A stretch of DNA of 21,114 bases from an uncultured virus (IMG/VR IMGVR_UViG_2061766007_000472) (taxonomy: Duplodnaviria > Heunggongvirae > Uroviricota > Caudoviricetes), in the IMG/VR virus record IMGVR_UViG_2061766007_000472. One strand, written 5' to 3'. A program made the translations under genes and the position numbers. The notes under the pieces were generated by a model. That model had not been told where the DNA came from. It searched no databases and worked only from the letters and a program-made list of their open reading frames with translations. Shown piece after piece: positions 1 to 10,174 of this stretch; the first letter of the stretch is position 1; every line of letters begins with the position of its first letter.

Positions 1-2
1 AC

Positions 3-194
3 GCGTTGTCGAAGCGTATCAAGGACAGGCCAGAAATGGTCGTCTTGGACCTTCCAGACGCATTGCTTAAATCAAGGGACAAAAACGAGGAAAAGTTCTT
101 GGATTCGGTGGAGGCATTTGCCTACAACACCGTGTCGAGGAAATACGGAGCCGAAGTATCATATTGCCAGGTATACCTTCCGCTGGAAGGCTAA
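3..194 (+). CDS. Hypothetical protein, 3' part (runs in from the window edge)
   Basis: Open frame ...LSKRIKDRPEMVVLDLPD...CQVYLPLEG ending in TAA; no recognisable motif. Confidence 0.6.
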   Translation, partial: ALSKRIKDRPEMVVLDLPDALLKSRDKNEEKFLDSVEAFAYNTVSRKYGAEVSYCQVYLPLEG

Positions 195-277
195 GNNNNN
201 NNNNNNNNNNNNNNNNNNNNNNNNNNNNNNNNNNNNNNNNNNNNNNNNNNNNNNNNNNNNNNNNNNNNNNNNNNNNN

Positions 278-1902
278 ACTGTTCCAAAATACATTTTTCT
301 ATTGTTCTGTCATAGAACTCAAGCCAAGGTCTTGATAATACTTTGTAACTTTTCTACTTGAGTCATTTGTTATTTTTAACATTTGTCCGAGGTTCACGGC
401 ATCTGTCTATTCAACCGCGTCAGCGACGTTTTTCACGTTCTACCCATACGCGTCTATATCTCCGTATTCTACTACATATATTGTTTTTGGATTGGTTTGT
501 CTATCATAAACGAGTTGCTCGTATTCATTCTATGATATTTTCACGACCGAAAGGTCGTTATAACCATCAACCTACTATTCATAGTTATTTATGTATATCT
601 TGTTGTCTACATTTACACTTATCGTGTTGTACACATCATCACTAATTGCAGATATGCACGAAGATAATCCAGACAGAGAAACAGATAGACTTCCGCTTAA
701 TTCAGAAACCCTTTCATCGAATTTAGAGTCTATTCCGACACTTACGTCCTGAACCGTCCTAAGGTTTACAGCGTCCATAGGTCCATTTGAGTCGCCTAAA
801 TTTATTATTCGTCTTCCATATGCGTTTAAAATTTCATAGTCAACAATATATATGGTTTTTGGATTTGTTTTCTCATTATATACAAGTTGTTCATATTCAT
901 CCTGTGTTAACCTTATTACTGAAAGGTCTTCAAAACCTTCAATGCCTTCATGTCCGTTTAATATGTATATCTTGTTGTCAACTTTTACGCTTATGGTATT
1001 ATAAACATCATCACTTAGAGACTAAACACACGATGAAATATTTTCAACTGATAAAGTCAACGAAGATAAATCCGAAGAAATTGTTGAAATCTGAGATGAT
1101 ATGCATGAAATCGAATTTGACAATTCTCCGCTCAAAAACTTAAACTTTCTATTAACATCAGCTTCAATTTCAGAACTCATGGTTTTAAGAGTACCAAGAT
1201 TTACAGCGTCCATTTCAGACGAAGCCGTTCCGACGTTTGAGACTCTTTGACCATANNNNNNNNNNNNNNNNNNNNNNNNNNNNNNNNNNNNNNNNNNNNN
1301 NNNNNNNNNNNNNNNNNGAGAAGCCTTGCGTATTCATCCAGTCCAAGTTTTACAACCGAGAGGTCTGAATAATCACTCAATCCGCAATCTGGATTTATGA
1401 TGAATATTTTCTTGTCTATCTTATCTGATACGTCCGACAAATTACAGCTTAGACCAGAAAGCTGGGAACTAATAGACGATACACAGTCACTTAACCCAGA
1501 AATCTAAGAATCAATAGACGACAGACTGTCGCTAAAATCTGATATCTATGAGTTGATTAACGTAAAATAATCACTTAGGCCAGAAATCTGGGAATCAATG
1601 GATGAAAGATGGTCCCCCAAATCAGAAAGTTCCCCTCCCAATGTAGACAATAGATTTGACAATCCGTCGATGGCTATGTTTGAAAGTTTAGAATCTACTA
1701 TGATTCCCCCACTAATAATACCATCGCGAATAATCGCATTTTCCGAGTTTACAACTCCGCTCAACTCCNNNNNNNNNNNNAACTCACCAAAAAATTTGTT
1801 TTCCCTGTTGCAGAGAATAACCTTCTGAGGGGAATGCCTGTCTTTTGTATCGACGTTAATCGATTCCTTTACCGCTCGGTTATATGGGTTGAAAGTTGCC
1901 AT
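278..1902 (-). CDS. Repeat-rich tail fibre/adhesin-like protein (>530 aa; TAG=Gln; 3' end lost in N gap)
   Basis: Continuous frame from ATG 1902 if TAGs at 1546, 1504, 1022, 575, 572, 530, 440, 407 and 299 are read through; one frame offset across the N gap near 1256-1317. Three repeats of D-K/N-KI(Y/F)I..DLSV.....EY..L(V....NPKTIY.V)...YG..(V/I).N......DAVNL. The DAVN part resembles the trimeric-adhesin (YadA/Hia) neck motif; Ser-rich coiled-coil-like spacers lie between repeats. Confidence 0.75.
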
Positions 1903-1936
1903 TATTCGGTCCTATTTCTTTATTATATTCTATGAG

Positions 1937-1971
1937 TATTTACAGCTTCCGAGACGTCCACCTCGTATAAT
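1937..1971. promoter_or_regulatory. Divergent promoter pair: GTAAATA on - (1937-1943) and TATAAT on + (1966-1971)
   Basis: Same arrangement recurs at four other divergent junctions; TATAAT is 6 nt before ATG 1978. Confidence 0.6.
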
Positions 1972-1977
1972 ATAATC

Positions 1978-2748
1978 ATGCCTGGATGCAGTAGACAGAA
2001 AAACCCAAGGGGAATAGAGATTTTGTTTGACGAAGATACACATAGGTATTCTTCGGTAATAAACGGAAAGGAAATAACATATGTTTCTGGTACGACCTTT
2101 GTTCATAAGTTCTTTCCCCAATTCGACCCGACTGGTGAAATAACGAAACGATGTGCCTTGAAAGAAGGAATAAGCGTTGAAGAAATCAGGGCAAAATGGA
2201 AAGCTAAGGGAGACGCATCATCTAAATTCGGAACCAAGATTCACGAAACAGTAGAAGACGTATTAAAAGGGAACATGCTCAGAAACAAGCCAGAAAACGA
2301 AAAAGAGCAAAAAACAATGCAGTCTGCCATAAAATTGGCAAAACTTATTCTGGAAAAAACCGAGATAATAGGAATAGAGAAGATAGTTTTCGATTCAGAT
2401 ATAAAAATAGCTGGGACGATGGACCTGTTTGCGAGGTCCAAGAAGAATGGAAGTCTTTGGATTTTCGACCACAAGACAAACGAACGAATAGACACTTTCA
2501 ACAGATGGAACAAGTTTGCACTTCATCCAATAGAAAATATCGCAGACACAAACTATTTCCAGTACGCATTGCAGTTGAATCTTTATGAAAACATACTCAA
2601 AAGAGCTGGATACGTTGACAAAAACGAGAAAATAGAAAAGGCCCTTTTCCATCTGACTGAATCTGGAAACAAGACATACCAGCTTCCAAATGCACAGTCT
2701 GAAATAGAGAGAATGATTGAGTATTTCTTGTCAGGAAAACTGAAATGA
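1978..2748 (+). CDS. PD-(D/E)XK exonuclease (phage RecB/Cas4-like family)
   Basis: Motifs FDEDTHRY, SGTT, GTKIHETVE, E..V....IAGTMDL, IFDHKT and YALQLNLY match this phage nuclease family. Confidence 0.85.
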   Translation: MPGCSRQKNPRGIEILFDEDTHRYSSVINGKEITYVSGTTFVHKFFPQFDPTGEITKRCALKEGISVEEIRAKWKAKGDASSKFGTKIHETVEDVLKGNMLRNKPENEKEQKTMQSAIKLAKLILEKTEIIGIEKIVFDSDIKIAGTMDLFARSKKNGSLWIFDHKTNERIDTFNRWNKFALHPIENIADTNYFQYALQLNLYENILKRAGYVDKNEKIEKALFHLTESGNKTYQLPNAQSEIERMIEYFLSGKLK

Positions 2749-3122
2749 AGATTTATACTAGTTATTTCGCCAATATAAGAAAAATACCGTTGAATTTTTC
2801 ACTTTTCTCAATAGCTGGGAAAACACCAGACTGGTTTCCTGGGGAACGTCTTACCATGTTCGCACCAAAATACTATTGGTGGAATGAATGGCATTCAACA
2901 TTCAAAGACGACTTAGAATCAGATAAATCCATTAAATTCTATAAAACGATGTACAATGAAACAGTTCTTTCGAAGATAGACCCGTTGTTGATGAAAGAGA
3001 TGTTTTATAAAATGGAGAAAACCCCCTGTCTTATGTGCTACGAGGGTCCAGGAAAATTCTGCCACAGGCATCTTGTATCTGATTTTCTTTTCAAAAACGG
3101 ATTTGAAGCAGAGGAGTATTAA
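2745..3122 (+). CDS. DUF488-like protein
   Basis: N-terminal IYTSYFAN and C-terminal CLMCYE....CHRHLV; ATGA overlap with the upstream gene. Confidence 0.7.
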   Translation: MKIYTSYFANIRKIPLNFSLFSIAGKTPDWFPGERLTMFAPKYYWWNEWHSTFKDDLESDKSIKFYKTMYNETVLSKIDPLLMKEMFYKMEKTPCLMCYEGPGKFCHRHLVSDFLFKNGFEAEEY

Positions 3123-3123
3123 C

Positions 3124-4068
3124 ATGAAAAACATCCTAATAACTGGCGGAAGAGGATTCATAGGATTCAATGCACTGAAATTATGGAAAAAATCAAGACC
3201 AGAGCTTAATTTTTTCAATATAGACGCAGAGACTTATTCCGATAAATTTCTAATAGACGAGAAAAATTCATGGCTTAATGAAAACAACGTACCTCATTTC
3301 ACATTGGACCTGGGTTCTTCGTTGGCACCAGAAGCCATAGATAGCATAATAGAGCTATTCCAGATAGACACGATATGCCATTTTGGTGCCGAAAGCCACG
3401 TCGANNNNNNNNNNNNNNNNNNNNNNNNNNNNGGAACAATAAACCTTCTTGAATCAATAAAGGGAAAAGACATTAGGTTTCATTATGTTTCAACTGATGA
3501 AGTATATGGAACTACTTTCCCTACAGATAATATAACCGAAAAATCACCATTCAATCCATCGTCTCCATATAGTTCTTCAAAGGCTTCCGCAGATTTTATA
3601 GTCCAGTCATACATGAAGAGTTTCGACATAAAAGCGTCCATAACCAGAAGCTCAAACAACTTCGGTCCTTATCAAAGCCCAGAGAAGTTTATCCCGACGA
3701 TTCTCAAAAAACTCGGAAAAGGGGAGAAGATACCCGTTTACGGAGATGGCCAGCAGTTCAGGCAATGGATTCCAGTTGACGACAATAACCTTGCGATTCT
3801 AGACGTAATGGAAAAAGAACCTGGTTCGATATGCAATGTGTCATCAAACAATTTAGGATACATGAAAAACATTGACGTAATCAGGATTTTTTCCGAAATG
3901 TATGGAAAAACAGTCGATGAATCCGTAGAATTTGTCGAAGACCGTAGAGCGCACGACATCTCTTACTACATTTTGAACTACAAAACCCCAGAATACGGAG
4001 AAACACACATAAAAGACATGTTTGTGAAAACCTATGAGTGGTATAGGGAACATGAAGAAAAGGTATAA
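3124..4068 (+). CDS. rmlB: dTDP-glucose 4,6-dehydratase
   Basis: ILITGGRGFIG (NAD binding), HFGAESHV, STDEVYG, PYSSSK (YxxxK), NNFGPYQSPEKFIP, YGDGQQFRQW. Start placed at ATG 3124. Confidence 0.9.
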   Translation: MKNILITGGRGFIGFNALKLWKKSRPELNFFNIDAETYSDKFLIDEKNSWLNENNVPHFTLDLGSSLAPEAIDSIIELFQIDTICHFGAESHVXXXXXXXXXXGTINLLESIKGKDIRFHYVSTDEVYGTTFPTDNITEKSPFNPSSPYSSSKASADFIVQSYMKSFDIKASITRSSNNFGPYQSPEKFIPTILKKLGKGEKIPVYGDGQQFRQWIPVDDNNLAILDVMEKEPGSICNVSSNNLGYMKNIDVIRIFSEMYGKTVDESVEFVEDRRAHDISYYILNYKTPEYGETHIKDMFVKTYEWYREHEEKV

Positions 4069-4069
4069 T
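4064..4069 (+). promoter_or_regulatory. TATAAT -10 element overlapping the rmlB stop, 6 nt before ATG 4076
   Basis: GGTATAATATT context as at 12786 and 18183 (GTATAATATT at 9892). Confidence 0.5.
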
Positions 4070-4075
4070 ATTCGC

Positions 4076-5125
4076 ATGGAAAACAAAATACGAATAACAA
4101 GGACCCTTCTGGACAAGAACAAAGACGAGCTCACCGAAGAGGAAAAGGAACTCGTTGACGAGTTCAACGAGGAAAGGTCCAGATTTGACAAAAGGATTTC
4201 CGAAGAAAACGAAAGAATAGCTTCGGAGTGCTCCATACTTTGCTCTGGTGGTGAACGGTGCCCCATTCCAGACTATGGATGGATTCGGCCTGTCAAGAGA
4301 CTATGCTACGCTCTGGAAAATTTGAATCATGATTTCAGAAAATACGGTATTTCTGTCGTACTTGACCAGACAAAGGAAAAATACGGAACTCTTAGATTCT
4401 ATACGCATATCAATACACGGGAAATTGGATTCTGGGGATTAATACTCAATCCACTGGACAAAATAGTGGAATGGATGTCGAACATCAACTTCGGAAGAAA
4501 ACTGGTTACGGACAAGCCAGAATACAGGACGGTCGAGTGGAGAGAAATAACAAAAGAGCAGTTCGACACCAAAACAAACGAATACGGAGTCCCGTTCGAC
4601 AAGTATGGAAACAAGGTCATTGTTGTAAGTTCGAAAAAAGAAGTAAAGAATCCAGAGAAGATTGAAAGAAATACGTATCTTGTCGAAGAAGACGGAAAAT
4701 TTTTCTATTCTTATACCTTATATCACATGGCCGAAACTCATGTTGAATACACGAAGCATTTTTTACTAAGGAAAATTCGTGATGCAATCAGACAGATTTC
4801 AACTTCACTTGACAGGTTCTACAAGGAACCAAAGATTCAAGCAGTGAAGATTCAGGAGATGGACTATAGGGTTGACGAACTTGTAAGAGATGCTGAAAGA
4901 GAGTGTATGAAGGTATGTCAGCATTGCGGTGCGGATTTCGGTGATTATTACAAGCAGTGTGAAACGCAGGGATGGTACATGTATCTCTGCCAGAGATGCG
5001 CCGACGCGACTGGAATGGAATACGTAATGGACGGAAAGCACTACATGGAAGGCGTCGACATATACCAGAACGAACCAAAGGAAAACCAAACTGAATCAAA
5101 CGAAAACGGAATCGGTGAAAAATGA
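4076..5125 (+). CDS. Conserved phage hypothetical protein with QxKEKxGxLRFY motif and C-terminal Cys cluster
   Basis: DQTKEKYGTLRFY and CQHCG...GW...LCQRC (possible Zn site). Start placed at ATG 4076 after TATAAT. Confidence 0.7.
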   Translation: MENKIRITRTLLDKNKDELTEEEKELVDEFNEERSRFDKRISEENERIASECSILCSGGERCPIPDYGWIRPVKRLCYALENLNHDFRKYGISVVLDQTKEKYGTLRFYTHINTREIGFWGLILNPLDKIVEWMSNINFGRKLVTDKPEYRTVEWREITKEQFDTKTNEYGVPFDKYGNKVIVVSSKKEVKNPEKIERNTYLVEEDGKFFYSYTLYHMAETHVEYTKHFLLRKIRDAIRQISTSLDRFYKEPKIQAVKIQEMDYRVDELVRDAERECMKVCQHCGADFGDYYKQCETQGWYMYLCQRCADATGMEYVMDGKHYMEGVDIYQNEPKENQTESNENGIGEK

Positions 5126-5550
5126 AAAGCAACGCAAAGCAACGCAATCTTGACAAAGAGAAGAAAAAACTCTGGAAAGAGTTCGAGAGGATTTACAGAA
5201 AATCCGTCAGTTCCGCAAAATCTCTTCTGAAAAAAGCGAAGGTCTTCCATTTCTTCGAGGAGAAGGACGGATGGGATGATACCCCACAGCCCATATCTGG
5301 ACATGTATGTGACGAGATGACACCAGAGGAAATCTTCGTATGGATGTACGAAAACGCAGTAAATCCAAGAAACATAAGGTCTCCGTACATCTACTCCGAC
5401 GAAGAGATAGAGTCATTCAGGAAGAATAGGAATCTCCTAAAAATCGAGGATTGGAAAAAGTCAATCGAGTTCTACAAAGAACAGATTAAGAAATACGAAA
5501 AGAGAATTTGCGACGTAGAACGGGAAATAAAGACTGGTAGGGACACATGA
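5122..5550 (+). CDS. Hypothetical protein
   Basis: 142-aa ORF coupled by ATGA overlaps at both ends. Confidence 0.7.
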   Translation: MKSNAKQRNLDKEKKKLWKEFERIYRKSVSSAKSLLKKAKVFHFFEEKDGWDDTPQPISGHVCDEMTPEEIFVWMYENAVNPRNIRSPYIYSDEEIESFRKNRNLLKIEDWKKSIEFYKEQIKKYEKRICDVEREIKTGRDT

Positions 5551-6227
5551 AAATCGAATTAGACGAAAATTTCTGGTATGATGAAAACGACGACAGGTCT
5601 CGTGTTTTCCAAGTATTTCCACAGGTGTTCGGAGACGACAGGGGCTCGTTCATCGAAACTTGGAAAAGCGTAAACGGAAACCTTCCAGACGAATTGAAGA
5701 AGTTTCCTTGGTTTTCACAGAACGGATGGATTAAACAGATGAACGTGTCGTACAGCAGGTCGAGCGTGATACGAGGTTGCCATGCCCAAGGCGGAGCTTC
5801 TTGTCAGGCAAAGCTAGTCTCGTCGTTGAACGGAAACATTTGGGACATAATAACAGATGCAAGGCCGCAGTCCGAGACTTTCATGATGACAAAGGTGTAC
5901 TTTCTTAACCCTAGACTCCAAAACAAGCTGTTTGTTCCGAGGGGTTTTCTTCATGCGTTTCTGACTGGAATAGACCTGAAAGACGACCAGAAGTACATAT
6001 TCAGCTACATATGCGATAATGTATACGACAAGACGAGCGAAATTGGAGTTTTTCCTCTTAACATCGTATTGCCAGCCTTCTCAAAATATTGTGAAAAATA
6101 NNNNNNNNNNNNNNNNNGTAATTCACCAATTACCTCAACGAGGGACACCAAAGGACAGGATGCCGATGATTTCTTCAAGTTAGTTAAGGAAGAATATAAC
6201 AAGAATTCAACTCTTTGGTATAGATGA
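5547..6227 (+). CDS. rmlC: dTDP-4-dehydrorhamnose 3,5-epimerase
   Basis: FGDDRGSFIETW, QMNVSYS...VIRGCHAQ, QAKLV and LFVPRGFLHAF are cupin RmlC motifs. Confidence 0.88.
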   Translation: MKIELDENFWYDENDDRSRVFQVFPQVFGDDRGSFIETWKSVNGNLPDELKKFPWFSQNGWIKQMNVSYSRSSVIRGCHAQGGASCQAKLVSSLNGNIWDIITDARPQSETFMMTKVYFLNPRLQNKLFVPRGFLHAFLTGIDLKDDQKYIFSYICDNVYDKTSEIGVFPLNIVLPAFSKYCEKXXXXXXXNSPITSTRDTKGQDADDFFKLVKEEYNKNSTLWYR

Positions 6228-6558
6228 ATGTATGTTCAGACAATTTAAATAAACTCCAACTGGAAAGACTTGAGGAAATTGAATACATGAAACTCATGTA
6301 TCAAAAAAGAATTTCCTTGGAAAAAGACCACGAGAGACATGAATTGGAAGAATGCATGAAATACGTATATCCAGAATATCTCAAAAAGAAAGCAAAAATT
6401 TTATCATATGACTTCTGCAAAATTGAAAAATACGAAGAGAAAAACCCAACAAAAAATGAAAATAAAACAATNNNNNNNNNNNNNNNNNNNNNTCTGTGAT
6501 TTTCGGGATATCAACTGCTATCACTTTAATATTGACATTTTTAGGTATATGTAAATAA
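6224..6558 (+). CDS. Hypothetical protein with C-terminal hydrophobic segment
   Basis: ATGA-coupled to rmlC; after the N gap another frame reads SVIFGISTAITLILTFLGICK-TAA(6556-6558). Confidence 0.55.
6551..6557 (+). promoter_or_regulatory. Putative late promoter GTAAATA
   Basis: Exact motif 22 nt upstream of ATG 6580. Confidence 0.45.
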
Positions 6559-6579
6559 CAACTGGAAAGAGATTTAAAT

Positions 6580-6789
6580 ATGAACAACAACTATGCCGTG
6601 TCATTCAAGGGAAGACAAGTCGACCTGTTCGACTATACTGGAAAGTTCATAAGACGTTTTACGGCAAGGGCAGATGTAGTAAACGCGGTGGTGAATGGGT
6701 CTGGCCAGAATTCAACGGTTGCAATAACCACCAAAGACGGGAAATTCGAAATCTACAAAAGCAACGGAACTGTCGTAAGAAAGTCCTGA
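6580..6789 (+). CDS. Small beta-rich hypothetical protein
   Basis: 69 aa; two similar halves (DLFDYTGKFIRR / EIYKSNGTVVRK). Confidence 0.7.
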   Translation: MNNNYAVSFKGRQVDLFDYTGKFIRRFTARADVVNAVVNGSGQNSTVAITTKDGKFEIYKSNGTVVRKS

Positions 6790-6841
6790 ACAGTATTAGA
6801 AAATCNNNNNNNNNNNNNNNNNNNNNNNNNNNNTATTCTGA

Positions 6842-9114
6842 TTATATATAAATTATTTCATCATAACAACGTATCTAAGAACCTGATTTCAGGCCCCATC
6901 TATCATATCCCATAAGTCTTACTCCCTATCCGTTCTTATTGATTTTAATTGTGAGTGGGTTATTTCCACCGAACGCATTCACGTCTATTGTTTCAATTGT
7001 ACTTGGAATAGAAATGGAAAGCAGATTTTCAACTCCGCCAAAAGCCAGCTCACCTATGGTTGTTACTCCATACGGTACGGTAAATTCGCCGCTAAGACCA
7101 GTGCAGTCTTCGAAAGCAGCTACACAAATACTTAATATGCTTGTTGGGAGTGATACACTCGAAAGACTTTTACAACTGTGAAATGTGCCAGAGTCAATAA
7201 TAGTAATCCCGTCTGGAATGGTTATTTCCGTAAGGCTGGAGCACCAATCGAAAGCCCCTCCTCCAATGCTCGTAACACTATTGGGTATATCTATGTTTTT
7301 CAGTTTTCCGCAGTACTAAAAAGCATCAAGCCCAATCTCGACAATGCTATCTGGCAATTTCACACACGATAGAGAACTACATGATTCAAATTGTTCCATC
7401 TAAACACACGAAATCCCGTTCTGTATTATCGCTGAAATCATGTTTTCGCAATGTGAAAAACATGCACGGCCAATGCTCAGAACACTGTTTGGAATGTTTA
7501 TAGACTGAATTCCATAGCAGTGGTAGAATGCCGCTTCTCCAATACAAGTGACACTATTCGGAATGTCAACAGAAGTAATGGACTTACATATTATGAACGC
7601 GCCACTTCCTATCTCCAATACTCCGTAAGGAATCTTTAACTATGGTATTTTTTCACAACCCGCGAATGAATTTTCTTCTATGCAGGAAATGCCATTTGGA
7701 ATGGAAATCGGGGTCTAAACGTTTTCACATCCAAAAAAGGCACTTTTTCCTATGCTCAACATGGTCTCTGGAAGAACCACGTCCCGTAATCTCGAACACG
7801 TATTGAATGCACTTTTTCCTATGCTGGACACCCCATTCGGGATTGTAAAAGAGGACAAATTCTGGCAAGCTTCGAACACCTCCTGACCAATGCTGTTCAC
7901 GTCCGTTCCAACCTGAACCGAATATACCTAAGTCCTGTCTATCCCGACATCCTACATAGCCTGTCTGTCGAGAACCCCAACTATATCGTGTTTTACTGGA
8001 TACTCCCCTATTACGCCGAATGTTGTCTCTTTCTCGCTTACTATCTAAATCACAACCCATTTTTCATCAGAAAAGTCGTAATTGAAGGAAAACTCTCCGT
8101 CCTTGCATGTGATATCTATTTCACGTGCGTCAGTCGTGAATGCACCATTGTCAAACCATTCTCTTATCTCATCGATTGACTAGTTCTGGAAAGTAAGGAA
8201 ACTCTTGTCTTGTTCCTGAACGAATCCAGTCCTAAAGAAAACTTCCTTTCCCATTCCAATTTGTCCGTTTTCTATGTATATTTCGTGCAGGTTTTCACAT
8301 CCGATAAAAGCATTTCGTCCAATAGTCTTCACGCTGCCTGGTATTATGACGCTTTTTACAAAATCGTTTCCACTAAATGCACTATTGGCTATTCCCCTTA
8401 CGCCTTCAAGGTCTATATTCTCAACATCGGAAATGCATGATACTGCCCATCCATCAACAAGAACCATTCCGTCTACAGTCTACTCGTCAAAAATGGATTC
8501 ACTGCATCTAGTGAAAACATCCGCTCTGATTTCCATTACGCTGTCTGGTATCTTGATTGAACTCAAGTTAGAACAACCGTAGAACGACATATGTGGAAGT
8601 TTTTTTATTCCATCCCTTAATGTAACATCTGTTATTTTCTGACAGTTTATAAAACAGCCGTTTGTCAAACCGACCACACCAGCCAAGTCCAATATTTCAT
8701 CGACGTTATCGTCATATTTGACGACCCATCCGTCAACTATCGACAATCCTGGAATTGAATGAGTATCGCACAGGTCTTGTGAACAGCGTAAAAACGAACC
8801 GTTCCCGATTTCNNNNNNNNNNNNNNNNNNNNNNNNNNNNNNNNNNNGCAGCTATTGACTCCTGATACTACAAGCACATCCGAACCTATTTCGATTCTTA
8901 TCACGTCTTTGGCCCATTCCTGGTTGGTTGAAACCCAAACCAGAAATCCGTTGTCCAAAAGCCATTCCCTGTCAAAAATACCCAGTATGTCATATTTTTC
9001 AACTGTTCCGTCGGCCATATAGAAAACAGTTTCTTTCGTACGTTCCCTATAGTCGATTTCAATCCACTTTGCGACGTCTCCGCCTGGATATCCCAAAAAT
9101 GCCTGCATTCCCAT
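6842..9114 (-). CDS. BspA/TpLRR-type leucine-rich repeat protein (~750 aa; TAG=Gln)
   Basis: ATG 9114 follows GAGGAAGG. After the gap at 8813-8847 one frame runs to TAA 6842-6844 through 11 in-frame TAGs (8480, 8180, 8045, 7952, 7928, 7715, 7640, 7400, 7316, 6926, 6875). Many IPxSVxxIGxxAFxxCxxL repeats continue across the TAGs. Confidence 0.88.
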
Positions 9115-9124
9115 AAAACCTTCC

Positions 9125-9850
9125 TCACTCTCCCCTGAACGCATTCAGGAACTTCATCACCGCTTTTCCAAGGAACTCGGCCTTGTTTTCGACTATGTTC
9201 GTGTTCGGCATCTTCGAAATGCTCTTCTCGAAGTCGTTGAACGTCTCCTCCAGGATTTCCCCATGAGTGTTCACGATGAAGCTCTTCGACTCGAGGATTC
9301 CGTTCACGAACCTGTTCGCATTTGATTTGTTGAATATCCCTATCGAAGGATTCAGAACGGTGTCGATGCATATCAGCTGGTAGTCCTCCACCACCCCAGT
9401 AGACTCGTTCACGTTCCCGACTCCCCTTGAAGAGTGCCCTATTGCCGTGTCGAACTGAAGAAGAGACTTCAGAAGGTCTCCGCACTTAGTTCCCTTTATC
9501 CCGAATTTCTCGTCAGACGCCAGCACCACCGAAGTTCCAATCCACGATTTGTTGTCTTCTTCAAGGGACAAGGTCCTTGCGCACACCCTGTCTGGGTTTA
9601 TCGTTATCTCGGAAGAATGTTCGAGCTCTTCAAGGGCGGTTTTCGTCTGGATTTTCTCCTTTATGAACTTGTCGACCGTCGGCTTAAGGTCCTCGTATGG
9701 ATATATTCTGTTGTTTCCGTTTTTTACGTCAGACGTGAGATACGTTCCCCTCATCATTATCGTCTGCGGCTTTGTCTGGTCGCCAGACTCCGTGATTACC
9801 TCGAAGTTCTCAAGGTTGGACTCTATTATTAGCTTGAGTTTCTTAGACAT
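9125..9850 (-). CDS. Prohead core protease, T4 gp21-like
   Basis: DVKNGNNRIYP, ALEELEHS (catalytic His), GHSSRGVG (catalytic Ser) and DTVLNPS correspond to the gp21-family motifs NxNxRxYP, GELxHP, GVSSRGxG and DxVxxPS. Confidence 0.9.
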   Translation of the reverse strand: MSKKLKLIIESNLENFEVITESGDQTKPQTIMMRGTYLTSDVKNGNNRIYPYEDLKPTVDKFIKEKIQTKTALEELEHSSEITINPDRVCARTLSLEEDNKSWIGTSVVLASDEKFGIKGTKCGDLLKSLLQFDTAIGHSSRGVGNVNESTGVVEDYQLICIDTVLNPSIGIFNKSNANRFVNGILESKSFIVNTHGEILEETFNDFEKSISKMPNTNIVENKAEFLGKAVMKFLNAFRGE

Positions 9851-9872
9851 TTGAAAATCCTGATGTTTTCCT

Positions 9873-9897
9873 TATTTACCCAGAAAAGACGTATAAT
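9873..9897. promoter_or_regulatory. Divergent promoter pair: GTAAATA on - (9873-9879) and TATAAT on + (9892-9897)
   Basis: GTAAATA precedes the prohead protease, a late gene in T4-like phages; TATAAT is 7 nt before ATG 9905. Confidence 0.65.
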
Positions 9898-9904
9898 ATT
9901 CAGT

Positions 9905-10174
9905 ATGAAAGAATCCACAAAACTTCCAAAGACGTTTCTTATCTTGGCAAAAACCAAAAACGGGAAATCTGGATACGTCAGATTCAGAAGCTATTTTACA
10001 GAAGACGGAAACGTCGAATACAGGATGTACCTTGTCGGAAAGGTCTCCGAGGCAAGCAAATACGTGACTTTGGACAACTCGAAGGTGAAGGCGAAGGAGC
10101 TTAAAACGAAATACGGATTTGCCGAAGTTCAGGTCATAGACGAACTTTCAAAGAAGGTTTACGTCATACATTGA
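9905..10174 (+). CDS. Hypothetical basic protein
   Basis: MKESTKLPKTFL...KVYVIH-TGA; start placed at ATG 9905. Confidence 0.7.
   Translation: MKESTKLPKTFLILAKTKNGKSGYVRFRSYFTEDGNVEYRMYLVGKVSEASKYVTLDNSKVKAKELKTKYGFAEVQVIDELSKKVYVIH

Noticed and set aside
1978..2748. Cas4/CRISPR system
   Set aside because: Stand-alone phage-type PD-(D/E)XK nuclease without the Fe-S Cys cluster; no cas genes or repeat-spacer array seen.
9875..9897. TTTACC as a sigma70 -35 box for the TATAAT elements
   Set aside because: Spacing to TATAAT is only 11-12 nt rather than about 17; it is better explained as the opposite-strand GTAAATA motif.
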